Positions 47,418 to 57,800 are shown, counted from the whole stretch's first letter. The stretch: 63,228 nt of DNA, filler included, from 5 parts of 5 records of this genome joined end to end with filler, not necessarily neighbours in it; one strand, 5' to 3'. Made by a program: numbers and translations. The notes: generated from the sequence alone by a model not told the origin.

Positions 47418-48158
47418 TTACTTGTCCGGCTGAATTGACATATGCTGGTCTGGTGGCGGCAGGTTGGGGAGCATGGCTTCCACATCAACCGTGTGGGTCG
47501 CGAAAAAAGCTTCCGCCGCTTCAATCAGAGCCGCCTCGGTTTTGAGGATACCAAGATAGACCGGCCATTCGGCGTCAACCAGTTTCGTGCTGTAACCATC
47601 CGGATCAACCGCCACCAGCTTGGCCAGAAACCGGAACTCCATTTCGTTCATGACGACGTAATCGCACCGTTTGTTCAGAAACATGCCCAGCATCTGTTGG
47701 GCATTGTAGGCGTCATGGCGGGTCAGGTCGTTACCAATCCGCCGCTCAAGTTGATCGCTGTAGACAAACCATTTGCGCAGACAGATGCGGCCATCAAGAT
47801 CATCGAAGGAGCCCGGTTGTAGGCCAGGTTGCGCGAACACACGATCACGCCAGGTTAACACCGGTCCTACGGCGTGCATCCGGTCTGGCAATGGCATCCA
47901 TCGCGGGTTGGCAAAAACCGCGTTGGCTTGTCCTTCTTCCAGGGCCCAGGCCTGGCGTTTGCGTGGCATCGGGCGGAAATCGGCTGCAATACCGGCCTCC
48001 AGGGTGAACTCATTGATCACCTCGACCAGAATGCCCTTGTTAAGGTTGTCACCGTAATAGAACGGCAGAAAGCCCTCGTCCGACCCCATAATCTCGAGCG
48101 TTTCGGCAGAAACTGGGAGGGACCAGAATACTACGATGATCAGCAAGCCTATTCTCAT
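47418..48158 (-). CDS. Orphan periplasmic substrate-binding protein (family 3-like)
   Basis: Signal peptide; PFYY...GILVEVI, PMPRKR. Confidence 0.75.
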   Translation of the reverse strand: MRIGLLIIVVFWSLPVSAETLEIMGSDEGFLPFYYGDNLNKGILVEVINEFTLEAGIAADFRPMPRKRQAWALEEGQANAVFANPRWMPLPDRMHAVGPVLTWRDRVFAQPGLQPGSFDDLDGRICLRKWFVYSDQLERRIGNDLTRHDAYNAQQMLGMFLNKRCDYVVMNEMEFRFLAKLVAVDPDGYSTKLVDAEWPVYLGILKTEAALIEAAEAFFATHTVDVEAMLPNLPPPDQHMSIQPDK

Positions 48159-48238
48159 GAAAACTCCTCCTATGCTCTAATCATAGGCTAGGAGTGCCCA
48201 CTGCACCGAGGTAAGTCCATGGCCCATTACGTAGGCTG

Positions 48239-48592
48239 TCATTTCTTGTTTGCCTCGGTTCTTGCTGCTGGTTTCCTGGCACGGAGCGCCGCATCGAACG
48301 CCAGGGTCGCCCATTCCTTCGCCTGTTCAGGATCCTCGAAAATGCTTTCGGGAGCCATGTAGTAAGACAGTTTTATCCTGGCATCATTCTTCTGGTATTC
48401 GAACGGCTCCAGGTCACGCTCTGTAAATCGACCAACCGATTCCCCATCGACCTTCAGATACAGTACATCGTCAGCGACAAGGCCAAACATCAGGCCATCG
48501 TGATACACGCCATAGCCACCGAACATGCGCCGGACGGAAACCGGGCCGAATTGGCAAAACACATCGTTGAGGTTTTCGACGAATTCGCTCAT
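48239..48592 (-). CDS. TfoX/Sxy N-terminal domain protein
   Basis: RRMFGGYGVY.DG.MFGLV.DD.LYLK; start at ATG 48592 overlapping the upstream stop. Confidence 0.9.
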   Translation of the reverse strand: MSEFVENLNDVFCQFGPVSVRRMFGGYGVYHDGLMFGLVADDVLYLKVDGESVGRFTERDLEPFEYQKNDARIKLSYYMAPESIFEDPEQAKEWATLAFDAALRARKPAARTEANKK

Positions 48593-49278
48593 ACAGTCCC
48601 ATGCCTTGCCATGTTGATGCCGGTGAAAATGACCGACGCAGGTTGATGAGTTTTGGGGTGAATGGGCTCGCGCATCTCCAGCAATCGAAACCCGTTTCCC
48701 GAGAACAGGGCGACCCAGCTTTCGAGTGTTCTGAAGTACCAAGGGGCCGGGTCAATAAAGCCTGATCCAAAGCCAGCCCAGGACCCGCCCCGCCAACCAT
48801 CGATGTAGGGTAGGTCACCCGCCATCATCGGGTGAGGTGTTTGCACGATAAGAGCCCCTCCCGGATTCAAAATAGCTGGTATGGCTACAAACAGTGCCTC
48901 AACCGACTCTTTTCCGAGGAGCGAGAAATTGCAGACAACAACATCAAACAAACCTTCAACCGCACCACCAGCGACATCTTCATAAGATGCGACCAGAAAA
49001 TGTCCCCCGCCGGCGCTTTTGGCCTGTTCAATCAGGTCAGGGACTACATCGACCCCGACTAGATGCGGTACTTGAGACGAGAGTTCACGGATGAGCCAAC
49101 CCTCGCCGCACCCAATGTCGAGGACCGATTTAGGGGAATGACTCAATACAGCTTCGACGATGGCTTTGTTGGTTATCAGGTTGCGGCTCTCGATATGACC
49201 ACCTCGCACAGCCGAAGACCACTGAGATGCATTCTTCAACCAAGAGTCGACAATCTTTTCATCACTGTACGGGTTCAT
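48589..49278 (-). CDS. Class I SAM-dependent methyltransferase
   Basis: VLDIGCGEG, FDVVVCNF, L.PGG.L. Confidence 0.9.
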   Translation of the reverse strand: MNPYSDEKIVDSWLKNASQWSSAVRGGHIESRNLITNKAIVEAVLSHSPKSVLDIGCGEGWLIRELSSQVPHLVGVDVVPDLIEQAKSAGGGHFLVASYEDVAGGAVEGLFDVVVCNFSLLGKESVEALFVAIPAILNPGGALIVQTPHPMMAGDLPYIDGWRGGSWAGFGSGFIDPAPWYFRTLESWVALFSGNGFRLLEMREPIHPKTHQPASVIFTGINMARHGTV

Positions 49279-49337
49279 AGGACAATCCGTTCCAAGCCGA
49301 TAGCTGGACCTACGCCGGTGCTGCTCGTCAGCCAGGG

Positions 49338-50192
49338 CTACGTACGTCGCCGTTTCAGCCGATACATATTGGCATCAGCATGGTTCAACAGGGTGTTGGC
49401 ATCCTCCCCGTCTGCTGGATAACAGGCTACGCCGATACTGCAGGACGGCGTTTTGATATTGCCGAATTCGGAACCCAAGGGCGCGGTGACGGCTGCGATG
49501 ATTTGCTCCACCTTTTTGGAAACGGCCTCCGCCGACTGGATGTCAGTCAACAGCACAGTGAATTCATCGCCACCCATCCGGGCCACCGTGTCCGTGTCTC
49601 GAACGCAGCCTTCCAGCCGCCCGGAAATCATGCAGAGCACCCGATCACCCATGGCATGTCCATGGGTATCATTGATGTGCTTGAAGTCATTGAGATCCAG
49701 AAACAGCAAAGCCAGGCGACTTTGGTGGCGGTGGGCTGCGCGCAAGGCCGACTCGAGCCGATCAAGGAACAGTGATCGGTTGGTAAGCCCTGTCAATGGG
49801 TCGTGATGGGCGAGGAAACGCAGTTTCTCCTCGGCCTGCCTCAGGGCCGTCACATCCCGCGCTACACCGATCCGCACACCGTCTTCTTCGGAAAAACGGG
49901 CAGACCAGAGGATGTAGACAATAGTGCCATCTCTGTGGACATAGCGATTACAGAAGTCGTTGTGGGACTGACCTTCCATAACTCGAACAATGGACGCTTG
50001 TGTGGCCCCCAGGTCATCCGGATGCACATAGTCGGTGATCAGCGTGCCCGTCAGCTCATCGGCACGGTATCCGAGCAGTGCCTCACACGCATCGCTCACA
50101 AAGACGATCTGGTCGTCCTGATCAACTACAAAGACGGCGTCCAGCAACAAACTGGTCAGTTTGGGGTAAAGCGCTTTCAGATCAACGGGCAT
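49338..50192 (-). CDS. PAS-GGDEF diguanylate cyclase
   Basis: PAS (VHPDD); HDPLTGL.NR, DLNDFKHINDTHGH, ARMGGDEF. Confidence 0.93.
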   Translation of the reverse strand: MPVDLKALYPKLTSLLLDAVFVVDQDDQIVFVSDACEALLGYRADELTGTLITDYVHPDDLGATQASIVRVMEGQSHNDFCNRYVHRDGTIVYILWSARFSEEDGVRIGVARDVTALRQAEEKLRFLAHHDPLTGLTNRSLFLDRLESALRAAHRHQSRLALLFLDLNDFKHINDTHGHAMGDRVLCMISGRLEGCVRDTDTVARMGGDEFTVLLTDIQSAEAVSKKVEQIIAAVTAPLGSEFGNIKTPSCSIGVACYPADGEDANTLLNHADANMYRLKRRRT

Positions 50193-50328
50193 AGTTCAGG
50201 GGGATTTGGTGATTCGGATAGGTCAAGTATAGCCCAGCCGAGTAAACAACCCCCAACGCCGCCCACATTGTCGCAGTAGATTATGAGAATGGTTCTGGCG
50301 CCCACTTCCAGATTTTCGGCGAATTCGC

Positions 50329-50916
50329 TCATTTGATCTTTTGTCCTGAAGCTGGGTTGCAGCGGTTCAATGTCTCCCGTATGAAATCTGCTTTAGCGGC
50401 AGTGTAGGCCTCTCTATCCGACCGGAATTCCGCCGCCCACAACTGCTTTTTCCTCTCATACCGTTTTGCCAGTTCCGTATTGGCACGAAGTATGTTCCGA
50501 AATGCCAGGCGCCGGTCCCATTCCTGACTACCGAACACCATAAGGTGCAGGTGATGTGTCCTGCGCCCCTCGGCCCATCGCATCAGCCAACGCCGATCCA
50601 CTAACGAGGCATTGAATTCCATTGAAGTGGCGTATTTTGCCTGGCACAACGGTCCCATTAATTCGTCGGCCCGGGACATGGAGTCTACTCCCGCCAGGAT
50701 ATCGATGATCGGCTTGGCCGAAAGGCCAGGTACTGCGGTGCTGCCGATATGTTCGATCGCCAGAAACTCACCCGGAAACAAATGAAGGAGCCGGTCCCGC
50801 TCACCCTGGAACATTGCTGGCCAGTTGGGGTTGTAGGGGAAGAGCTCAACGTTTTCCTGAATCGCCCTGTTTAGGGACTCCGTTTCATTCATTACTTGCT
50901 CCCGGCTTTCTGTCAC
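50329..50916 (-). CDS. GrpB family (UPF0157) protein
   Basis: IEHIGSTAVPGLSAKPIIDI, THHLH, Y...K, Y.AAK. Confidence 0.9.
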   Translation of the reverse strand: MTESREQVMNETESLNRAIQENVELFPYNPNWPAMFQGERDRLLHLFPGEFLAIEHIGSTAVPGLSAKPIIDILAGVDSMSRADELMGPLCQAKYATSMEFNASLVDRRWLMRWAEGRRTHHLHLMVFGSQEWDRRLAFRNILRANTELAKRYERKKQLWAAEFRSDREAYTAAKADFIRETLNRCNPASGQKIK

Positions 50917-51062
50917 ATGGACTCTAGCGCAAATCTAAGGAAATCACCCAAGGCAGGGTTTTAAGCAGGGAGTGCGGGCTCTGCTGGTGTTCCTTTCTGG
51001 ATCGCGATATCCGTATTCGTTCAAGAGGCCTGCTGACAGAGTGAAGCAGTGCTTCTTGCCCT

Positions 51063-51353
51063 CTAGGAATCGGCTTCATAACTGATCAAATCCACCTCCG
51101 CTGCCTGCATTCGCAGAGGGACCAGCGCCTGATACGCGGCGGAATTGTGCCATTCGACCACGGCCTCCATGCTTGGGAAGCGGATAACCACGGTATCTGT
51201 ATGAGGGTGTTGACCGCTCAGGACTTTTGCCCGCGTGCCGCGCAGCACAAGCTCTGCACCCCAGGGCACCAGGGTATCGGGAACCTGGCGGCGGTATTCT
51301 GTCCATTTTGCTGAGTCTTTTACAGTGATTTGGCCGATTACGTAGGCTGTCAT
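51063..51353 (-). CDS. DUF1330 family protein
   Basis: MTAYVIG, VVIRFPSMEA...W.NS.AYQ. Confidence 0.88.
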   Translation of the reverse strand: MTAYVIGQITVKDSAKWTEYRRQVPDTLVPWGAELVLRGTRAKVLSGQHPHTDTVVIRFPSMEAVVEWHNSAAYQALVPLRMQAAEVDLISYEADS

Positions 51354-51403
51354 TTGGGAGTTGCTTCTTTTAGAGGCTTGGGAACTAGCACAATAGTCAC
51401 TTG

Positions 51404-51814
51404 TTAATTATGGCAGGCCAAAAAGCCATAACCTGTGACAGCAGTACCTACAGCGAAACAACCGTAGGAAAGGCCACATAGCCAAATTGCCGCCTTTTTC
51501 TGTACGACACCATCATTCATGGGTTCGTTCTCGTTTACCTGGCGCATAAACTCATTCTGGCTCAGATACCCGAAAAATGTGGCAATAGCACCAAGCAAGA
51601 CACCGACTGCGAACGCGAAAAGACCATATACCACCGAATCGCTAGAGTTCTCCTTCCCATTCCCGACAAACGTCAGTAGCGAGACTGCGGCTGCACCGTT
51701 AGCTAAAATGGCGCTTCTCAGAGCCAGCTCAGCCATGCTGATGACCGATTTGAAGTGTTCAATGGCGCGGAATTGCCTGAGCTCTGCAAGTTTGATATGA
51801 GTATCTGGTTCCAT
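51404..51814 (-). CDS. Hypothetical membrane protein (cassette-like)
   Basis: ALRSAILANGAAAVSLLTF plus TM segments; stop codon lies within TAACAA, as is typical of cassettes. Confidence 0.75.
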   Translation of the reverse strand: MEPDTHIKLAELRQFRAIEHFKSVISMAELALRSAILANGAAAVSLLTFVGNGKENSSDSVVYGLFAFAVGVLLGAIATFFGYLSQNEFMRQVNENEPMNDGVVQKKAAIWLCGLSYGCFAVGTAVTGYGFLACHN

Positions 51815-51818
51815 ACTT

Positions 51819-51903
51819 ATTTAACGCCCTTAGCATGCGCGGTTTTGGAATGTAGACGAAGGTGCACTTCTTCTACCTCCTCCGCCTTGCGTGCCTTGTA
51901 AAT
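51819..51903 (-). repeat. Degenerate attC-like site
   Basis: ATTTAAC-GCC at the left end (RYYYAAC); CCTT-GTAAAT at the right (complement GTTAAAT lacking one T); fills the gap between two co-oriented genes. Confidence 0.65.
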
Positions 51904-51905
51904 TT

Positions 51906-52301
51906 TCAATGTTGGAGGTCGTTTTTCATTTCCGCTAAGACATTCTTTTTGACCTCCATGAGATCTTTCGCGGTTCTCTCAGCATCTCTGGCAACCCTTA
52001 AGGTGTTGATTATTGCTTCTGACGTATTACTCTCTGACAAGATAAGGGCGCTATAAAATGAAGGCATCAAATCTGATAGATCTGGATTTTTTCCGCCAAC
52101 ATAGAAGTCTAGGTCAGATAAGTATTTCGAATATGCGATTCTGCGCTCCGTCAATAAATCATGCCCCTGCTTACCATTCAGCTCCAGTTTCTTCAATGAT
52201 CTCTGGTTTTTAGACCTCTTGTCCTCAAGAAAATAGTTTGCTAATTGGGTCAGAAAAACCCCTCCAAGCGCTCCAATTAACGTGTACATTGCAGAATCCA
52301 T
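51906..52301 (-). CDS. Hypothetical protein with N-terminal TM helix (cassette-like)
   Basis: 131 aa ORF, GGGAGG RBS, AT-rich. Confidence 0.7.
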   Translation of the reverse strand: MDSAMYTLIGALGGVFLTQLANYFLEDKRSKNQRSLKKLELNGKQGHDLLTERRIAYSKYLSDLDFYVGGKNPDLSDLMPSFYSALILSESNTSEAIINTLRVARDAERTAKDLMEVKKNVLAEMKNDLQH

Positions 52302-52359
52302 ACACCTCCCTCAATTCAATGTCCGCATTTCCGGCTGGTTTGGAGCACAGCGCACAAGT

Positions 52360-52389
52360 TGGAATTCCCCCAATAAAATGGACACGCCC
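52360..52389. mobile_element. Probable IS3-family terminal inverted repeat at the contig break
   Basis: TGGAATTCCCCCAATAAAATGGACAC fits the TG...CCCC...GGACA pattern of IS3-family ends; interrupts an attC-like remnant. Confidence 0.5.
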
Positions 52390-52489
52390 NNNNNNNNNNN
52401 NNNNNNNNNNNNNNNNNNNNNNNNNNNNNNNNNTTAATTAATTAANNNNNNNNNNNNNNNNNNNNNNNNNNNNNNNNNNNNNNNNNNNN
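52390..52489. other. Artificial contig spacer
   Basis: N-run with TTAATTAATTAA. Confidence 0.99.
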
Positions 52490-52520
52490 TTTATTTATTT
52501 ATTTATTTATTTATTTATTA
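52490..52520. repeat. (TTTA)n microsatellite at contig edge
   Basis: Tandem TTTA units. Confidence 0.9.
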
Positions 52521-52733
52521 TGCGGGAAGTGTGCCGGGCGCCGCGGTGGGCTGGCCCGAGCAGATGTTTCCCGTGGCGATCAAGTATTTGTCACCTTTGC
52601 TATTTGGCTAGCTTGGCTCACGGTTGTAATTCTCTGTCCTTACTGGAAACATTTGTAGAAACCGAAGTAGAAGAGTTTCGTCATATTGATAGGACTTGCC
52701 TTTCTCGTTTCCGCCCCCTATCGACCTGTTGCA

Positions 52734-53303
52734 ATGCAGAGTGAGAATAACGCGTCTGTGTCGAAGAGTGCTGGCAACGGTGAGAGCGATGAGCAAGCGA
52801 GTTCATCCGTTGACGACGATGCGCCAACACCAGTCCCTGGCCAAGCTGGTGACCATGGTAGCGATGACAGTTCCTCGGAATCAAGCGCATCTGACTCTGA
52901 CGAAGAGAAGCACACTGCTTCAGTGCCTGTACGTACAGCGGCTGTGGCGGGACCGAAGGTAAATCGCGTGGATTCTGATAGCGACGACGATGATGACAGC
53001 AGCAGTGACAGCTCTTCTTCCGATGATAAAGAGGATCAGAAGCGATCTGAGAGCGAACAAAAGGAGACTATGAAGAAGACTGACAGTGCACTCCACAATA
53101 GCAGCAAACAAAGCAGCAGCCTAACGAAGAGCAGCAGCCACTCTGGCGAGAGCCGCAAGAAGAAGAGCAGCAGCCACCGCGGCGAGCACCACAAGAAGAG
53201 CAGCAGCCACCACGGCGAGAAGCGCAAGAGGAAAGGGGGAAGCGACGGCGATGACAGCCGCAAGAAGAGCAAGAAGCACCGCCACAAGCACAAAAGCAGC
53301 AAG
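52734..53303 (+). CDS. Eukaryotic exon encoding a low-complexity Ser/Asp-rich then Lys/His-rich (nuclear-type) region
   Basis: Pyrimidine tract plus TGCAG upstream; AAG|GTACGC donor at 53303/53304; ends KKSKKHRHKHKSSK. Confidence 0.6.
53126..53219 (+). repeat. Three coding tandem repeats (KSSSHxGE)
   Basis: GAAGAGCAGCAGCCACnnnGGCGAG at 53126, 53162 and 53195. Confidence 0.85.
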
Positions 53304-55504
53304 GTACGCTTTTGATTTATAGTTTTTTGCGCACGCGGTAGAGTTCCCGCTTCATCATGTCTCTTCTGCGCATGCATTTTCGTTTTTTTGGGCGTGACAC
53401 GTGCTTGCGCGTCTTTGTGCGAACCGCAGAATCGGGACAGTGAACAATGAAGTGCCAGGCCACTCTTCTGCGGCGCGAAACGCTCGCGCGTTCGTTTGTT
53501 TTGTTGAACGTTGAATCGGCAAATGCCGTATGAATCATAATAAAAAGGGAGTTTGACCCCGCCCGCCATGTATTGGATATACGCGCGCACACAGGGCGCC
53601 GGCAGCACGAATCGAGTTGCCGTCCCTGTCTCTGGCAACGCGCCTGCTAGGTTCCGAGGCACCGACAATGCGCTGGTGCGCGAAGGGTGCCCCCTCGAGT
53701 CGCACGCTCGCGACGGCGCAGCAAGCCGCCGCTGCCGCCGAGCTGAAGCAAAAGCAACGATCATGCTTGCCATGCTATCCACGCCCTTTGCCACATATGC
53801 GCGATTCTTCTTCATACAAATACCACATACATAATAATCGAATATCAGCACTCTAAACCTGAGTGCGACGGTGGACATGTTCAAAAACGTACCAGGTATT
53901 CTTCGTAGCTTCGCTGCAGCGGGCGGAACCAATTTGCCCGAGCACGCTCTGATACAACCTGCGGCGAACAAAGCCGAGCGCAAAGCCCTCCACACATGAG
54001 AAATAAAGCGAGACGAAGAATCTCGAAACCACAATCGACAAAAAAAAATCGCGATGTATTTTCGCAATTTTCGTTTTGTTTTGCAGATTCTTCAACGTCA
54101 TAGCGCAAAGAGACAAGTACGCTTCTTGGGCGGGTGGATCAGCACTGAAGAGTGTCGTCAGACGCAACTGCGGGGCGTTGTGTGAGGATAGGCATTCCTC
54201 CGCCAACCGGTTGCTCAGACGCAAATTACAACCATCCTTTCCAGTCCCAGCCCTCACATGAGTAATATCGAAAACGTATGTACCCTGACAAAAGGCTCAA
54301 TTGTAAAGCTTACCACGCATACTGGTTGGAATGAATGCCGCAGAGGCAAAGAGTGGACAGCGGGGCGACGCGCCGGCCCGCGCACTCGCTCTCCCGCTTT
54401 CCCCGGCGAGTGAAACCGAGCCGAAGGCTGGCGCCTCCGCGTCAGAGCATTCCCGAGGCAGCGCTCGCTATCCCATAATGGTTGAGAAAATAGGGCCACA
54501 AATGCGCAACGCCTGCCAGGCGTGGTTGCGCCGGAGCGACAGCAAACGGGCTGCACGACGTGCCGCTTGGACAAGGCGCACAGCGGGTGCGCGCCTGCTC
54601 GCTCATTGGCGACGCTGCGGTTTTCGTGCACGATGATGTAATGGAAAACCATACATTTCATCATGATCTTGAGCTGGTAACAGCGCGTGGGGAGAGATAT
54701 TCTTCACGGAAAGGAAGAGCAGGGAGTGCACACGCGTCGGCGTGTCGCGCAGGGTCGTCTTGGCCCTACCGCGCATGGAACCGCGCCGTTCGCGCAGCGC
54801 GCGCCGCTCGCGTTGGCCGCGTCTTTGGCGTCTTGCCACCTGCCCACCCGCTCCGTCTGCGGAGGTGGCGCACGCTCCTCCTCCTCCCCTCGGTACGCGT
54901 GCGCCGATTTTGCCACCTTGCAGCAGTGTATGATTTCACGTCGCTGTTGTAAGGAAAATCACTCGCGCCGGTGTTTGTGCGCGGGGTATGCGGATAAAAG
55001 TCGCAGGCTTGAGCGTGAGTCGCAGTGGCGCGCGGACGCTTTGTTGCGCGCGACCAACGGCTGTGCGCTCCGTGCGCGCACCTACGGCAGCGCGCCACTG
55101 CGCGCGCACTCCGGTACTGGATGACTCTCTCCGCGATAGCTCCTCACACCGCTATATTAGTTTTGTTTGGATCAGAACGATATTTTATTGGCTTTACGAT
55201 AAATTACCCCTTTTCTGCGCCTCGCGGTAGGGTGTGCTGTGAGCTCACGTCCGGACGCGCGCATGTTGCGCGCCACGCGGCTGTTCTCCCTGCTCGCCGC
55301 CGCGATTTTCCTTCACCATTCCAAAGGTGCCAAGGCGCCTTGGCACGTCTAGTTTTTTTTCTGCGTGTGTGTATCGCTGATAGGTATTTTCTCTCTTTGG
55401 GCGCAATTACTGTCTGTAACTCGCTTTCGTTTCTTTTGCGCCGTGCACACGCGGAAACGCAGCCCGCTCGTCGCCGCCGCGCGCCTGCAGCTTGTCGCCG
55501 CGCG

Positions 55505-57800
55505 ATGTTCTCGCCCGCCCAGAAGCGGCGCCGCCGCGACGCGAGCGACTCGCCACGCACGCCCGAAGAAGGCACTTCCTCCGACTCAGGTGGTACGTGG
55601 ATTTCGAGGCCAGCGAATGGGCGTCTCTACTCTTAGCGCGAGATGCCAGCAACAACTTTTCGTTCTCTGGCGCTTACCATAGCGCCGAGGCGGTTGTCGC
55701 GACTCGCGCGCTCGTGCGCGTGGCGTTGGTTTTGGCGCGCACTCTCTCGCCCGTGTCAAGGCTGCACTACCGCGCGCGCTACTCACGTTACGAAATACCC
55801 GAGTTACGCTCTGAAATTGTCCGTCATCATTCGATTATCTTCCTTATATGGATACACTGCGCATACATATGGTCTTTCGGCTCTGTGCAGGCCTCTTTCG
55901 GTCGTTTCGGCAGATTCTGTGGACGCCGGGAAAGGGAAAGTCCGAGGTGCGGGGAGGCGCGGATACACGCAGCAGTCCTGGCGCAACAAGCGCGCACCCG
56001 CACGCACACGGTGCTCTTCGCTTGCCTATTCCAGTTCATTGCATATGCAAGATATGCTGCGTAGTGTCTGATGAACGTGAGTCTCTATGGGTGACAAGCC
56101 GGTCGCTCTTTGTTCTACTGCGTGTGTTTGTGCGTGATCTCGCGCAGCACACGGAGCAGCGCACTGTTAGCGCCAGTGATTTCATCACCAGCACGCCAGA
56201 CCTGCGGAAGAAGACCAAATCCCGTGGTATGTACCTTTGAAGGGCTATCGAGTGACACGGCGAGAGGGAGGGGCGTTCCTTGCCATGCTCACTTCATCGC
56301 TCGCATGGTAAAGCGGAAGGCGCCGCTTTCCTCCTTTTGTCGTTCTGCGTGTTTCAGCTCGGTGACCTCGTGCTTTGCTTCCTGTCGGACCAGCACTACG
56401 TTGGCGCGCGCAGGCCGCCGTATCGCCGTGAAGCGGAACTTGCTCGATTGCAAGATCGACGAATGTGTCTTGCCCGCCTGTATTCATAGTTTTCACGTGT
56501 TTCTCGTCCTTCTACTTTCTGTACTTCTTCCTTCGCCATTTCGTCTGGAACATGCGCGCAGCGCCGAAGAAGTTTCAGCCGATCGCCATCGAGGATCCGG
56601 TACGTAGTGATACCGCACCCCGGAGGAATCCGACGCGGCGAGCAAACGCACGTCTGCGAAGAGTATGCGCGCGCTTCTTCAAACTTCGTATTACAGACTC
56701 TGCTTCTGTTTCTTGCGCAGAGCCCGAGAATGTGCGGTCGACAGCGTCTGCCTTCCCATTTGTCGCTCTATTGACTCATTGCCGCGTTCTCTTCCCCGCG
56801 CACGTGCTCCTTCCAATACGTTCGCACAACGCGGCAGTTGGATCGTAGCTCCGAAAGGCACGTGTAGTTCCAACAGGCAATTGTCCTGTGCTGATAAAGA
56901 CCGCGTATGTGTTTGTGTGCCTGTGGACGCGTGAGCGCAGGAAGGCGAAGACCTCGAGGCAACCGAGACGCTCGCGCCCGAGACGCAAGCGCTCTCCGGT
57001 CGCGCGACACCGCGCGCGTCGACACTACTCAACACACTGTTCTCCCCGGTATTCACGTTCTTTGGCGTCGATTCACACGATGGAGATCGAGCCCCCGCGG
57101 CGGGCGTAGACCAAACGCTTGAACGGGACGGCAACTACGATCCGAACACGTCGGTACGTCGCAGCGGATTCCCTGCGAAATGCGGTCGATCTGCATTGAA
57201 GCGTCTCTCTCACCTTTCTCTCGATCTTGTTGCTTCCTGAAGTGCCTCTCGAGCTTTCCCGAGAATCACGCTGGGATATCTCCGCGTGCTGAATCCAGTG
57301 TATTGTATTCGTATATACCCTCCCCACCTCCCGGCGTCTACAACATGTTAACCGCTGTCATGCCGTGGTGGCCGTGAACCGTTTATTTTTCTTGCTATGT
57401 CCGGTTGCGCAGATCGACGAAGCTCCCGACGACATGGAAGCCGATGGCGAGCGCGCGCTCGTGGAGAACACGAGCGGGACGTCGAGCGCTTTTGCGCGGT
57501 ACGGGACTGATCGGGTGGACTGGAAGGTGCTCGCCGCGTCCACGCATCCTCCCGCTGCGGACCGCGAGCACGCGAGCAGCAGCGCCACCGACGAAGAGAG
57601 CAGTGATGCTGCGGATGCTGCGCCTGTGTCGCGTGTCGAGCTTGCTCCTGCGCGCGGCGGAACCGCAGAGGAGGAGCACGACGAGATCGAGGGGGAGGAC
57701 GACGAAGACGAAGACGACGACTACGAATACGCTGATGAATTTGATCCCTATCTATTTATCAAACAACTGCCACCGCTGCCACAATCGTTAATACCACTGT
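55505..57800 (+). CDS. CTDSPL2: CTD small phosphatase-like 2 (SCP4) N-terminal region, spliced; catalytic domain beyond the contig end
   Basis: First exon MFSPAQKRRRR; later exons contain TLLNTLFSPVFTFFG and EFDPYLFIKQLPPL, both characteristic of the CTDSPL2 family. Confidence 0.72.

Larger units (their letters stand above)
42416..52359 (-). mobile_element. Decayed integron-like gene cassette array (no integrase in this contig)
   Basis: About 17 short, unrelated genes all on the minus strand, with attC-like remnants at ~43291-43390, 51819-51903 and 52314-52359. Confidence 0.6.

Noticed and set aside
53126-53219. CRISPR-like direct repeats
   Set aside because: Spacers are only 8-11 nt, the repeats are in-frame coding sequence in a eukaryotic exon, and there are no cas genes.
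53036-54067. 343-aa minus-strand ORF treated as one protein
   Set aside because: It runs through intron-like sequence and the antisense of the low-complexity exon; only short parts may be real exons.
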